A DNA stretch of 59,574 nt, filler included, from Diploschistes diacapsis (GCA_023645945.1; 5 parts of 5 records of this genome joined end to end with filler, not necessarily neighbours in it); one strand, 5' to 3'; shown: positions 11,949 to 24,500, counted from the whole stretch's first letter. Notes: generated by a model not told the origin, from the sequence alone. A program made the numbers and translations.

Positions 11949-12551
11949 GGCCGGAAGATGTGGGATGTTTAGTTATTTTTGTGCGTGGAGACTTTGTAGA
12001 GAGAGCTTTGTTGACTCGATGATGGGAATGGGGATGTTTTGAGCGGTAGGGGGGTTGCCTTCCTCAAGGAGCCTTGAGCAGGGCTGCTGTAGCCTGTATT
12101 GGGGCAGGGACATCGAGGCAGTTGGGAGATGGCCGGTCCGCTGTGATAAAGGGGGTTCGCCTGTGCGAGTGCTTTTGGCACGAGGTATAAGATGGTAGAA
12201 AATACTGCTGGGTATGGAAGGAAATAAGAATCATCGACATAGGAACATAGTAGGTCAAAGGCCATGCATGCATTCAATCCGCCCTCGTAGCCTCCTCGAC
12301 ACATACAATACACTCTACATCGCCTCATCAGATACCGCGTATTCATCAACCAGAGGGTAAATATCCGGAACTCCCATTCCTATGCACATGCACGATGCGT
12401 CGTCGTCTTATCTTTTCTTGTCTAGTCCTTGGCGGAATATTCCATCTTCTATTATCCCTCGCTGCACACTTTTCCCCGTCACCCACATCACCCCATCTTC
12501 ATCAGATCTCATTTCCACACATTAAGAACGGCCGTCCACAACTCCCTTTGT

Positions 12552-13014
12552 TTACTTCCGCCGGAAGGAGCACCCCTCTGTGAGTCTGGCTTTGCCGCCC
12601 GTGGGCTGACACAGCACGGTCGAGCAGCCCTGGCAGATGACGACGGTCTGGGCGTGGCTGAAGACGGTGGTGATTGTGAAGCAGCCGGGGCACTTGACGT
12701 CCATGAAGAAGGAGCGCGGGGTCGGCACAAGGGTCTGTGGATGGGAAGTAAGTTTTATGCAACGGGCTTCTGGAGCGGTGGTGGCGAAGCTTCTACCTTG
12801 AGCTTGTGCTTGCGCGCCTCCGCAACGGGAGAGGGGTTGAGGAGATCGACTGCGAGAACCTGGGAGAGAGGTTAATGTCAGCTTCGCTTCATTCTGGACG
12901 TTTATAATGAGGGTCACGGTATTCGAAGTATGCTTGAAGAGAGAGAGGGGAGATGAGTGGGCGTTATAGGCTTGATACTGTAATGCCAGCTACGGTGATG
13001 AGAAAGCTTACCAT
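12552..13014 (-). CDS. RPS27: 40S ribosomal protein eS27, 82 aa, 3 exons (13014-13012, 12859-12797, 12734-12552)
   Basis: M / [21 protein letters not shown] / [61 protein letters not shown]4 zinc finger; canonical introns. Confidence 0.98.
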
Positions 13015-13505
13015 CTTGACTGGAACTTTGTTGTAGTATTGCCTTAGGTTGATGAGCGTAGCCCGAGACTTGCGCAGTTGTTGAAGGGAGTTAGATGCAG
13101 TTGTACTTGATGAGGTTATCGCGATCAGAAGCTGGAAGTGAAAGTGCTGCGGTGGGCCTCTAAAGATACTAGTCCCATAAAAGAAGTATAAGCGAGGTTG
13201 CCATTCTAGGGAAGAGAAACCTTACCAGAGATCAGATAGGGGAACTCTAGCGTGCTACAACATCTTATGGGATATATTGAGTCACAGTACGTAAAGCGTG
13301 TATATTTGCGCATATCAATCTGCAGTATTAGAATATTTTTTCCATCTGTTCTAGCTTTAAGAGCTTTGTGGCCAAGAGGACTTGCTTTCGCTACAATATT
13401 CACGGAATAAAAGCCAGAGCTCATCGCTCACTTGCGCATGAGGCTTGGTGATTTCGGACCAGCGGTGTACTCACAAACCCTCACTTTATTGAAACTAGGA
13501 AGATA

Positions 13506-15418
13506 TCATTCCGATTGGTCATATTCTCCCCATACCTCTCTGGCATCCAGCAAGTCACGTTGCCCGAACACTTCTCCCACTATTGTGATGATTATGTCCA
13601 ACGTCGCAAGTGCCCGTATATTGAGATTATCTGAGTCAGAAGTTTTATTCTCAGAATTTTCCGGTACCAGAGGATTCAAAATCTTGCGACCATTCGAGTC
13701 TTCACAGTCTAATCTCCATGGCTTTGGCCCTTGCGACTCTTGCTGATATGCCTGGTCTTTGATGTCTGCCTTGGGTGTCGGTGTTGTGGTATGGTTATTC
13801 AAGGCGAGAAGAGAGCGCCTTTTAGCTAGTTCGAGCTGTATTTTCTCCTCTATCGCAATGCTCGACGACTCCTGCTCCATTCGAGGCATGTTATCCCCTT
13901 GTCTCTCATCCATTACTGTGTCTTCGTCCGAAAGTCGGGGTTTGTTGTTCCTTCCAACCAGCAGTGTAGCGTCCACGTCCTTGCCTTGCTCTGCGCCTTC
14001 AACGATTTCCCCATCCTCTACCTCATCTTGCAAACTTTTAGCGAGTTCATCGCTCCCAATGGCCCAATTAGCTTTCCCAGTCCCATCGTCAGCTTCACCC
14101 CTTTCCATTTTCGCAGCTCCGTTGGAAAAACTCGTATCCTCACTGCTTAGATCCGTAGCAAGATCTTCGTGGGCCTGATGCACGGCTTCAACCATCCCAC
14201 TATCTCCTGCAACACTGTGCTGGGTTTTCTCAGGCTTGTCGTCATCCGCAGCTACCCCAGCCTCCGTCGCAACGTCTGTAATATCGTCCGGCCTGATTTC
14301 CTCTGTTGCACCAGCGCTGCTCTCTTCTTCTTCTTCGTCATCATCCTCCTCCTCGTCCTTTGTCAGCTCACCTTTCTGCTCCCCGATCATCCTCGCCCGC
14401 ACGTTAATCCTAAGCCTGCCGGCCTTCCTCCCGAGCTCTCTTAGGGTCGACACTTCTTCGCTCCTCATCTGCCCCAACTCTCTGCACTTCGCCAACAAGG
14501 CCCATGCCCAAGCGCCAAGGGTTCTACCAGTCCCCCCGGGGTGTACCAAATGCCTTTTTGACAGGAGATAGTCTACCCTCTCTAGACCCTTGATAACGCC
14601 TTCCTGTGATAGAGTCGCTATATGCGCAGCGGTGGGCGCGTTGAAGCGCATCACCATGCCCCATTGCGATTGTTTCGAACGGAAGTCCGTCGCGGCGTTC
14701 AAGCTAGTTGAGGGGCTTTGATTCGAGGTGGTTTTGGTGTGCAAAGGCGGATGCAAAAGCGAATTTCGGAAGGCGTTAAAACGCTTCAACAGTGCGGTAT
14801 AGTATACTTCTTGCGCATCCAGTTCCTCCTCCGTATCCTGGTCAAGACCTCCCTCTTCCCGTCCGCCACCAGCGTTTATATGCGTCTCTTCACCCTCTGC
14901 GTACTCGTATCCCTCATAGTCGTTTTGATAGTCGCCATAGCCATCCACCGGCGCACCTGTATATGCCCCATCGTAATACCATCCTCCTCGATCTCCATAA
15001 ATCTTTCGGCGTTCATCTGGAGCTGTAGTATCGTCGGAAGGTGCAACGAGTACATGCGGCACTCCTCTTGCTTCTTCTCTAACGAATAACAGTCAATACC
15101 TACCCAATGCCCTACGCTCTGATCAAAAGAAAAAATAATGGTCTGCGGCGAGGGAAAAGATGTCTCAGCCAAGCCGCTCATAGATGTGATCGAATGCGAA
15201 TGGGAGAGAAAGAAGGTACAGAAGGCTCACCGAACTTTGCGCAAATAACTCAGCCCATCATACTCTGTATCAACTCCTGTGGTAGCATCCGCATCCCCAT
15301 CATTGAGATCGAGCCCTGGAAAGGCGCCGCGCTGGCCGTATGTCGGATCCATGCGAGCAAAAGTTTCGTAGCCGGAAGAAGAGGGCTGGCAATCGTCTCG
15401 TTTTCTTTTTGGTGCCAT
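13506..15418 (-). CDS. Gemin2/Brr1 (SIP1)-family snRNP assembly factor, 2 exons (15418-15231, 15078-13506)
   Basis: Spliced GLSYLRKVREEARGVPHVLVAP, LGAWAWALLAKC and C-terminal LDIIITIVGEVFGQRDLL match Gemin2-family motifs. Confidence 0.8.
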
Positions 15419-16283
15419 GATGTGGATGCAGCGCTTGGGAATGCAGAAGGTTGTTTTTGAGACAGGTATTTTTTTCTATCGATACGCATATGATGTTGGT
15501 CTAACAAGGTACTAGTCTGGCGGAAACAGCAAACGAGCTAAATCACTGAAGTGGGAAATACCACATAATGTTGGAGGTAGTACTGCGGTCTATAGAAGAA
15601 TCCGTCAGACGCATTTATGTGGCCAAGTCAGAAACATCAACCCAGCTGTTACCCATGCGATATTAAGAATAATTTGCATAGCAAAACACCTTTTCCGTCA
15701 CTTTAGGCCCACACACAAGAGCTCGGGAGTTTGCTTTAAATCAATTATAACACAATTCTGAAAGTTCTGGGAGAATTTTGAATGGCTCATCTATGCAGCT
15801 CTTGAACGGGCATAAAGTGGTGGAACAAAGGACGGAATATAACTTAATGCGTGTGGCTCAGAGAAGAAGCGTAAGCAGCGAGGTGTGCGATTGGTTCAAA
15901 GGTTTGATCTAAGACATCTGACATGTACTGCTGCAAGTCGTAGCATATCTCTGTATTTGCCTCAAAAAGCTAGTTGCGGATTGCGAAACGATAAGATTGC
16001 GTTCTATCCTCCGTCTACTTCTCCATAGATTCCACGGCGGCGATTAAACAAGCAGCTCGTAACAGCAAGTCCTCCTTCGGCCGCGACTTGTGTCCTTCCC
16101 GTTTATATGCAAAACCTCGCCGGGCCAAGGGTATCAGTGTCTGTTGTTTTATGCCCCGGACGCCATGCTCGAGCTGATGTGTGAAATGCCATTTCCCCCG
16201 CTCCGCTCCCATATCCCAAAATTCCAGCCAAAGTACAATGCTCATGAGCAAGGGTTTGAAGGCGTGCTCAACGCATAAGCTTT

Positions 16284-17366
16284 TCAAATCAGCTCATCAT
16301 TACCACAAAACACACTCTCCTCGATCGCTCGCAGCACCTCGCTCTCCTTGAACGCAGCTCCTCGCCCGTCACAAGCTGCTCGCCCTTTGAGTCTTCGGTG
16401 CACGTCCGCGATGTCAATCATCCCCTTCCTATAGCTTTCGTGGTTTATGATGTAGTCCCAGGTTGCACCCACGGCGAGCAGCCTCTGACCCTCGGGTCCG
16501 CCGAAATCCTCAAAGCTTAGCGGATGATGCCCTTCTCCGACGGCAGCTTGGAAATCAGTGGGCGAATAGGTCTGTGGTCCGTGGACAGGAGATGGAGCGC
16601 GCATGATCGGCGTGGGCTGTGAAGCAGTGGCGCGCAGTATCTCATTCTGGGTCCGCAACCGCTGCAGGTCCCGTTGCAGACGTTCATTTTCCGTGAGCAG
16701 TGTAGTTGAGTGGGCCGAGAGGGAGTTCAGCTTGGATTCCAAGTCTTTGACATGGCGCTCCTTGCGTTCTCGAAAGGCTCGTTGACTGTGTTGGCACGTG
16801 TCAGCTGCCGAAGCTCTCCCTAACACCACAGCCCTATAGTATGATACCTCCGCAATATGAGTTATGGGAACACTCACGCCGCCCTGTTCTGTGCCTTTCG
16901 TCTGCTTTGTGCGGGTGTCAAACTTTCTTTATCTTCGCTGCTACTTCGGTGCCCGTTTCCATCAGCGCTGATAGACTGGTCGTTTGGAATAGACCCATTC
17001 GACCCCTCTATAGAATCGAGAAGAATGGTCTGGGGATCACTCGGCTGTGGGGGGGACGGCTCAGGCTCGGTGTGTTGAGTCGTGGGGACGAAAGCGTTTG
17101 CCGAGGCAGCGAATTGGAAATTTGGGTCGAATTCTTGGTAATCGTTCGGGTCCTGATAAATGTTCTGATATTTGCCCTGAGTGACGTCGGAGTCAGCTCA
17201 GCCGATTCGATAAGCAAGGCGGCAGGAGGCCTTCTTTATATCTTGGATTACGCACCGACGCATCATTGCTTTGATCACCATGTGGCTCGTATGAGTGAGC
17301 TGGAGTGGGAGGGAAAGCAGTGAACTGATAGGTCTGCGGTTGAGCTGAGAAATATGCATAATCCAT
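16284..17366 (-). CDS. Yap/AP-1-like bZIP transcription factor (Fcr3/RsmA-like), 3 exons
   Basis: Spliced basic region LTPAQSRRKAQNRAA/QRAFRERKERHVKDLESKLNSL with leucine zipper, and C-terminal GATWDYI...IADVHRRLKGRAACDGRG...IEES...DELI* typical of this subfamily. Confidence 0.88.
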
Positions 17367-17466
17367 TACTGCAGATTTGATGCTTGCACTGCTGCTCAAG
17401 AGATAAACGCTCTTCTCAGTGACAGCAGCGATGTGGAAGGTCGAGGAAGGAGGATACTGTAGCGGT

Positions 17467-17499
17467 TGGAAGCTGAGATGGAAGCTGAGATGGAAGCTA
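17467..17499. repeat. Tandem 12-bp repeat (TGGAAGCTGAGA) x ~2.7 upstream of the bZIP gene
   Basis: Seen directly: tggaagctgagatggaagctgagatggaagcta. Confidence 0.85.
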
Positions 17500-18984
17500 A
17501 TAAATCTGGGTACCCAGATGAGGTCAAGGCAACTACCAAAAGGGCGAATCAATCACGCATCAGTGCATGGCTGAGTCTTGACTCTTTGACTTGCCTTGCT
17601 CTGCGAATCCACAGGACACAAGAGGCTTTTTGTGAAACGTGGAATTACGCATCTATCCACACGAACAGGGTACAAACGAGCCATGATGGGTCCTGCGCTT
17701 ACCGCGGGACGGAATGGAGTCGAGGTCGAATATCCAGACAAGGATCTTCCTTCAATGGGCCAGACGTTAAAGTCCCGCATCAAGTGAGTTCCTAGCCGAG
17801 ACGGTGAGCAGCAGAAATGAGAGCTATCTACACCGACTTGTTTGACGATCTTTACCCATCGTGAGCGACGAATTCACTCCCAGGAGCATGATAAATTGGA
17901 TGAGCCTTTGTGCTTCTTTTTACTCCCCCAGCTGCGGGCTCCACCAGTGCAGGGCCAGTGGCGGTGAGAAGTAACCATCACGCCACACTATCCAACAGGT
18001 GCTTACTTCCGAACTCCCCCACGTTTTCGCGCATTGCAACCAATAATGTAGCTTATGGACCATCTTCACATGGCCATGCGGCTGCATTGGAACTTTGCTG
18101 GGGGAGCAAACGGAACCCCCAGCCTGATACTCTAAAGACCGACTCACAAATCGTTCATAGGAGCAGCAAAATCCCACATAGATAGTATGTCCTTGCTAAC
18201 GACTTAAAATATAGATAACCTTAGGCCGCCATAAGAGTAACTGCTGCCTGTCCGAGAGAACCCCCTTTAATATTGGCCAACGTCTGGAGAGCTGCGGGAG
18301 CGGCATGTGAGCAGCAAGCGATCGGTTGGTCTTCCTAAAGCCACAAAACGCAAATTCAAACCGTCAATTGCCGAACACCATAATCGCAAAAGAGTCTCAG
18401 TGGGACTGGTGGTTCTTTTCAGAGCTCCATTCGAAGACAATCATGTTGTGCTTACCAGGTCGTTGAGCCTAAGCTTAAAAGAATCTCGGAAGTAATCTGT
18501 CTAGCTAGCTGCCGCACGATCTGGGGAAAAAGTACGCCACATTAGAATAGCTCAGCCGGAGTAATTAACAGATCTTACTGACACCCATTTCTCACAACTT
18601 AAATCTAGAACCCCTTTTGCTCTGCATCCGCATATCGGCTAAACGTTTGGTCTCAGTCTCGCGGAGTCTTTGGTACGCGGTTGAACTTCGTACGAAGCTC
18701 AGGAGCAATGCACGCATCCTTGGTCCGATATATTCGGACTATCCTGCAGAGGCCGGGTTGCGTAGTGGCTGGAATGAGACAACCGTTGAGAGGTCAGAAG
18801 CACAAAGCACAAGCTTATGCAGAGAACCGCCCAAACATTGCAGATGTCATACCAATGCGGCAATGCCCTCTAAAGCACTATCCCCTTGAGTAGCACAGCA
18901 TGCGGAAAAGGCTGGTCACTTGATCATAGGGAGATCTTGCAGCAGCTTTAGCCGAAACCTGCAAACGGCTTGCTTAAGTTTGTC

Positions 18985-19875
18985 TCAATCCCAATCATCG
19001 TCATCTTCACAGGGCTTTAACCTGCTCGACCGCAACGAGTTTGAGGTGTGACGATCCCCCGAAGACTTGCGACGAATCGCACGATAATCGCTCTCCTTGA
19101 CCGCACCAACTGCAATCAGGAGCTTTTGCATATCTTCCCGTTCTTAGTACCTGCTTCAAGTGGAGATAGGTTTTTTCGCATACCTTCTATAGTCGTATGA
19201 GCTCCTCTCATTTCTTTTAAGGTGACAATCTGCTTCGTGATATCACCATCCTTATACACCAAAATAGTCGGCGTATTCTTTTCGGGGTATCCCTCGATGC
19301 AGAGGTTGGCACGGATTTCGCAAAACTTTACGTCTCCAAACTTCTGAGCCAGCTGGCGCCACAGCTCCGTCACAAGTCTTGACTCAGTATTTGTACCGAG
19401 AGAAGATGTCAGGTTAACGAAGACAAATGCGTCTTTGGAGGCCTCTGTAACATCGCGGGAGTAATCCGGTTTCTGCAAGGGGTACACTTGGTTGAATTTG
19501 CTGGCCTTTGAGACGGTCGATAATTCTGCCATTCGCCGTTGACTGCTTGTGTGAGCTCTGTGTACAGGCAGCAGTGCAGGGGGACTAACCGATAGCGATT
19601 CAAAAACTCTTCGTCCTCTTCATCCTCGAGGTCATTGAGCTCGTCGAGGTCCTTACCCTCAAGCCTGTTCTGGTATGTGCGTTCTGCTGCCTCTCGCAGA
19701 GCTTCTTGGATGATAGGAGTGGGTGATGGAGGCTTTTCCGGAATTATACCCTGCTTCCGTAGGATATCGTTCCTGGTCGGGTTAGTAAACTTCATGCTGA
19801 GTTGAAAGGCGCATAAACTTGCCATTCAGTATCTGCATTTGGGTTGTCTATAGGTACATTGACGGGGACATCCAT
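18985..19875 (-). CDS. PLP2: Phosducin-like protein (Plp2/PhLP2), 4 exons
   Basis: NPNADTEW/NDILRKQGIIPEK, EDEEDEEFLNRYR, thioredoxin-fold CIEGYPEKNTPTILVYKDG, acidic end EDDDDWD*. Confidence 0.92.
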
Positions 19876-20253
19876 TATTGAAAGAGTAGAAATGATCAAT
19901 TGTTCAGTAGAGCTAGCAATAAGTTAAAGCCCTTGGGAGGCAGCCTGCAGTGTTAGTCAGCAAGTTTCTGGCCGCACAGCAAGGGACGTAGCGAGAATTG
20001 TTCCGCGGCGGGATCTGGAAGCCAGCACAGCACTGAAAGCTACGCTTAGAATAACGCAGTCTATACTGACTGCCAGACATTACGGCCCAGGCCAATACTA
20101 TTGACTACCCGGAAATGGATCTCCTTCTACGATAAAAGCCAACCTTGATCTTACATATGCTTTGTCGTGCCATTCATGGGCAGCAAGCCTTAAATCCCCT
20201 GCCCGGCATTCTCTATACTCTGTTAATCCTCGAGTGAACTCCGCACTACCACT

Positions 20254-23200
20254 ATGAGTTACGCAAAGAAAGATGAGGATGCCGAGCAGGCGCTTCTGAA
20301 GGTTGATAGGACCTCGGTCTTCCAAGAAGGCACGTCTTGACAACCAGTCCCAGAGAATCCATGCTAATCTAGTGCAGCACGTTTGTTCAACTCGTCACCA
20401 ATCTCGCCCTTAAGGAAAGAGAGAGACTCAAAACATACATGACCAAGGACTGACTGATTCTCAAGGTGCCGCCAACTGTTGACTAAGATTGCGTTTCTCC
20501 TCTTTACTGGGGAGAAGTTCCCTATAAATGAAGCAACCTCGCTCTTCTTCGGCATTTCGAAGCTCTTCCAAAACAAAGATGCATCGCTACGGCAGATGGT
20601 TTACCTTGTCATCAAAGAGCTTGCAAATACTGCCGAGGACGTGATTATGGTGACAAGTAGTATTATGAAAGACACGGCCGTCGGAAGTGACATTTTATAC
20701 CGAGCAAATGCTATTCGGGCCCTTTGCAGGATCATTGACGTGAGTGGTGAGCATTCCATTAGGAGAGCGGTAGCTAAGGATACATAGGGCTCAACGGTTC
20801 AAGCGATTGAACGACTCATCAAGACCGCAATTGTTGACAAGACACCGTCTGTCTCTTCCGCTGCTCTCGTATCCTCCTACCACCTGCTACCAATCGCTCG
20901 CGATGTAGTGCGGAGATGGCAAAGCGAAACACAAGAGGCGGCTTCGTCTTCAAAATCATCCGGTGGCTTCTCTCTAGGTTTCTCATCTTCGGGCAGCCAG
21001 CACTCGCTGGCAGCTGCTAATACCAATTACATGACTCAATACCATGCCATTGGTCTCTTATATCAGATGAGGTCTCACGATAGGATGGCGCTGGTGAAGA
21101 TGGTACAGCAACTCGGCGCTGTTGGCGTTGTCAAGAGTCCTCCGGGTGTAGTCATGCTTGTTCGACTGGCAGCCAAACTCGCCGAGGAGGACCACAATCT
21201 CCGTAAACCAATGCTTCAGCTTCTTGATGGCTGGCTGAGGCATAAGAGTGAGATGGTGAACTTTGAAGCCGCAAAAGCCATCTGTAACATGCATGATATT
21301 ACGGATGACGAAATGATACAAGCAACTCACACGCTGCAGGGGTTCCTTTCGTCTCCACGGGCCGTCACCAAGTTTGCTGCGGTCAGGATCCTCCACTCTG
21401 TTGCTTCTTTCAAAGCTTCGGCTGTTCGTCAGTGCAACATAGACATCGAACCCCTAATCTCCAACACTAACCGATCTATTGCTACTTTTGCTATTACCAC
21501 TCTTCTCAAGACGGGCAACGAAGGTAGTGTAGACCGCCTTATGAAACAAATTTCCACTTTTATGTCGGACATCACGGACGAGTTCAAGATCACTATTGTC
21601 GAAGCGATACGTACTCTATGTTTGAAATTTCCCAGTAAGCAAGCCGGCATGCTTACCTTCCTCAGCGGTATCTTGAGGGATGAAGGTGGCTACGAATTTA
21701 AACGGAGTGTCGTGGAGAGTATGTTCGATTTGATCAAATTCGTTCCAGGTAGCAAGGATGAAGCTTTGGCTCATCTTTGTGAGTTTATCGAGGATTGTGA
21801 ATTCACCAAGCTGGCCGTTCGAATATTGCATCTGTTGGGTGTGGAGGGTCCAAAAACATCTCAGCCTACGAAGTATATCCGATACATCTACAACCGGGTC
21901 GTGCTTGAGAACGCACTGGTAAGAGCAGCAGCTGTTACCGCGTTGGCAAAGTTTGGCGTTGGCCAAAAGGACCCAGAAGTTAAGCGATCGGTCACAGTCT
22001 TACTAACTCGATGTCTTGATGATACGGACGACGAAGTAAGGGATCGTGCTGCTTTTAACCTCCGGTTAATGCAAGAGGAAGATGAGGTAGCAAATCTCTT
22101 TATCAAGAACGGTAGGCAGGGTTTCTGGCGTCTGCGACATAAGCTGATCGGGAGTCAGATTCCATGTTTTCTCTAGCTACCTTTGAGCATCAATTAGTCA
22201 TGTACGTGACAGCCGATGACAAGGCCACGTTTGCCGAGGCCTTCGACATCAAGAGGGTTCCGGTCGTATCGCATGAACAAGCTTTGGCCGAAGAGAGGTC
22301 GAAGAAGCTCACCTCGGCCACACCAACCCTCAAGGCGCCTTCAACTGCAACGAAGAAGCCATTAGCTAACGGCACAGCAGACGGTGTTCAGCCAGCGACG
22401 GCACAAGCACAAAAATACAGCGCGCAGCTTGCCGCAATCCCAGAGCTCAAGCCATATGGCGCAGTCCTCAAGTCGTCCGAGGTTATCGAGCTCACAGAGT
22501 CCGAGACGGAATACGTTGTTACCGTTGTCAAGCATATGTTCAAAGATTATATCGTGCTACAATACGAAGTCAAGAACACCCTGCCAGAGACTGTTCTCGA
22601 AAACGTGTCAGTAGTGGCTACTCCATCTGACGAGGACGAGTCGCTTGCGGAGGAATTTATCATGCCAGTTGCAAGTCTTAGGACTGATGAGCCTGGCACA
22701 ATATACGTCAGTTTTAAGCGGGCCGCCGAGTCTCAATTCGTATCAACAACGTTCTCGAGCTCTTTGAAATTCACCACAAAGGAGATAGATCCAACAAGCG
22801 GAGAACCGGATGCCGAAGGCTACGAGGATGAGTACGAGGTCGATGATTTCGAGCTCGCTGGAAGCGATTACATGCTTCCAGCGTATGCGGGTAGCTTCGA
22901 CCATGTGTGGGAGCAGACGGGTGCGAATGGCGACGAGTCATCGGAAACATTACAACTGAGCAACACCAAGAGCATATCAGGTTCGTTATCCACCTCTTCC
23001 CCCCTCCCCAAAAAAAAACACCTACTAATATCACCACAGATGCGACCGAGCAACTCGCAAAGGCTCTGTCGCTACAGCCACTCGATGGCACAGACGTGGC
23101 TCTCTCGACGAGCACACACACGCTTAAGTTATATGGGAAATCGGTGTTTGGGGGCAAGGTTGCTGCGCTGGTCAAGATGGCGTACCAGGCGAAATCGGGC

Positions 23201-23272
23201 GTCACGACCAAGATCACGGTCCGGGCCGAGGAGGAGGGTCTTGCGGCTATGGTCATTGGTAGCGTTGCATAG
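20254..23272 (+). CDS. SEC21: Coatomer subunit gamma, 6 exons
   Basis: MSYAKKDED...DRTSVFQE/ARLFNSSPISP, LFFGISKLFQNKD, EMVNFEAAKAI, HLCEFIEDCEF, DDEVRDRA, LTESETEYVV; the last exon ends GSVA* at 23272. Confidence 0.96.
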
Positions 23273-23793
23273 ATTGCTTGCCTAGTCAAGGCTGAGAATA
23301 AATGCAAATCGGGTATTTTGCGCTCGTGATGAGCTCTTCTTCAAGACCGTATCCAATCCAGTATACGCGCTCGCCTACATGTTGACGTGCACCTTATTCA
23401 CGTGGATTAGAAGTTCCGGAGGGGGTGTTTGAGAGGTTAGGTTTTGGAAACAACGCGCTCAACAGGCAATACTTTCGGCTTTACCGTATCAAGCTTCAGC
23501 AAATCGGGTAACTTGTGATTCTGAAAGGATGGCAGACGTTAGATACCTACCTATCGTCAATTTGTAAACCATGGATGCTGTAAACCAGAAAACAAAACCT
23601 CCGATGTGCCTTCACGAGGGGGGCTTCTGCAGGAGCTCCCCCACAAGCGAGCCACGACGGGGTTCCCACCACGCTCAGAACTTTGACCACGGGCAGCCAA
23701 AGCAAGCAAGCAAAAAGGCAGGCCACAAACCAGCTTTTGAAACCGTTGGTGCAATAATTCCATAATCGTAGCTAAAAACCAAAAGCCCGGGGG

Positions 23794-23893
23794 NNNNNNN
23801 NNNNNNNNNNNNNNNNNNNNNNNNNNNNNNNNNNNNNTTAATTAATTAANNNNNNNNNNNNNNNNNNNNNNNNNNNNNNNNNNNNNNNNNNNN
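23794..23893. other. Artificial contig spacer N44-TTAATTAATTAA-N44
   Basis: Same 100-bp structure as the other spacers. Confidence 0.98.
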
Positions 23894-24173
23894 TTACTGC
23901 AGTATTAATATTAATGTTAATGGATTCACGGAAATATAATATTAGTGTTAATATTAATGTTTTAGATTTTAGCTGCGATATCCGTGTCCGTGCTTTTATA
24001 ATAGTGTAGTGTTAGTGTTAATGTCAGTGTTTTAGATTTTTTAACTGCGGTGTCCGTGTCCGTGCTTTCACTACAGTGCAATGTCAGTGTCAGTGGCAGT
24101 GTCGAGAAAATTTTTGCTGCGGTGTCAGTGTCAGTGTCAGTGTCAGTGTCAGTGGCATGGAACGGCCAGCCTA
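23894..24173. mobile_element. Terminal fragment of a DNA transposon (possibly hAT-like) with (AGTGTC)n / GTGTCC subterminal repeats, RIP-like mutated
   Basis: About three degenerate units of (agtgtc)n...gctgcggtgtccgtgtccgtgcttt ending in ...ggcatggaacggccagccta, at a contig edge; units become TpA-rich leftwards. The superfamily call is inference. Confidence 0.6.
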
Positions 24174-24185
24174 AATTACAACTCG

Positions 24186-24500
24186 TACGAATCGAGAAGG
24201 GTGTCCGCTCGCTATGAATGTCCGCTCGCTATGTATATACGTTAATGATATTTTAAATACTATAATATTAATATTATTGATATCTTAATACTATCCACCA
24301 TTAAATAGTATTCAACGGTAGTAAATATTTCTCGGTGAATTTGTTGTGCCAAACTCATTATCTTCTTTGGTAGAAATTGCATCCCTATACCTCTCTCTGC
24401 ATTCAATTAGCTTGCTCACGTGCCTTCCGAGTTACTTAAACAACTCAAGTCAACTTTAATTAACTCTAAACAACTCTAAATACTCTATCTAGTCCCTCGC
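24186..24500. mobile_element. Probable Tc1/mariner(pogo)-like TIR followed by AT-rich degenerate sequence
   Basis: TA then CGAATCGAGAAGGG, with a 15-bp direct repeat TGTCCGCTCGCTATG at 24202-24216 and 24219-24233 (internal direct repeats are typical of pogo-type TIRs), followed by TpA-rich DNA. Confidence 0.4.

Noticed and set aside
12860..13014. ATG-only first exon and 152-nt intron of RPS27 as a possible snoRNA host
   Set aside because: ATG-only first exons are common in fungal ribosomal protein genes, and I see no convincing C/D or H/ACA box arrangement.
23894..24233. Repeat-spacer-like pattern suggesting a CRISPR array
   Set aside because: Eukaryotic context, degenerate hexamer-based units, no unique spacers and no cas genes.
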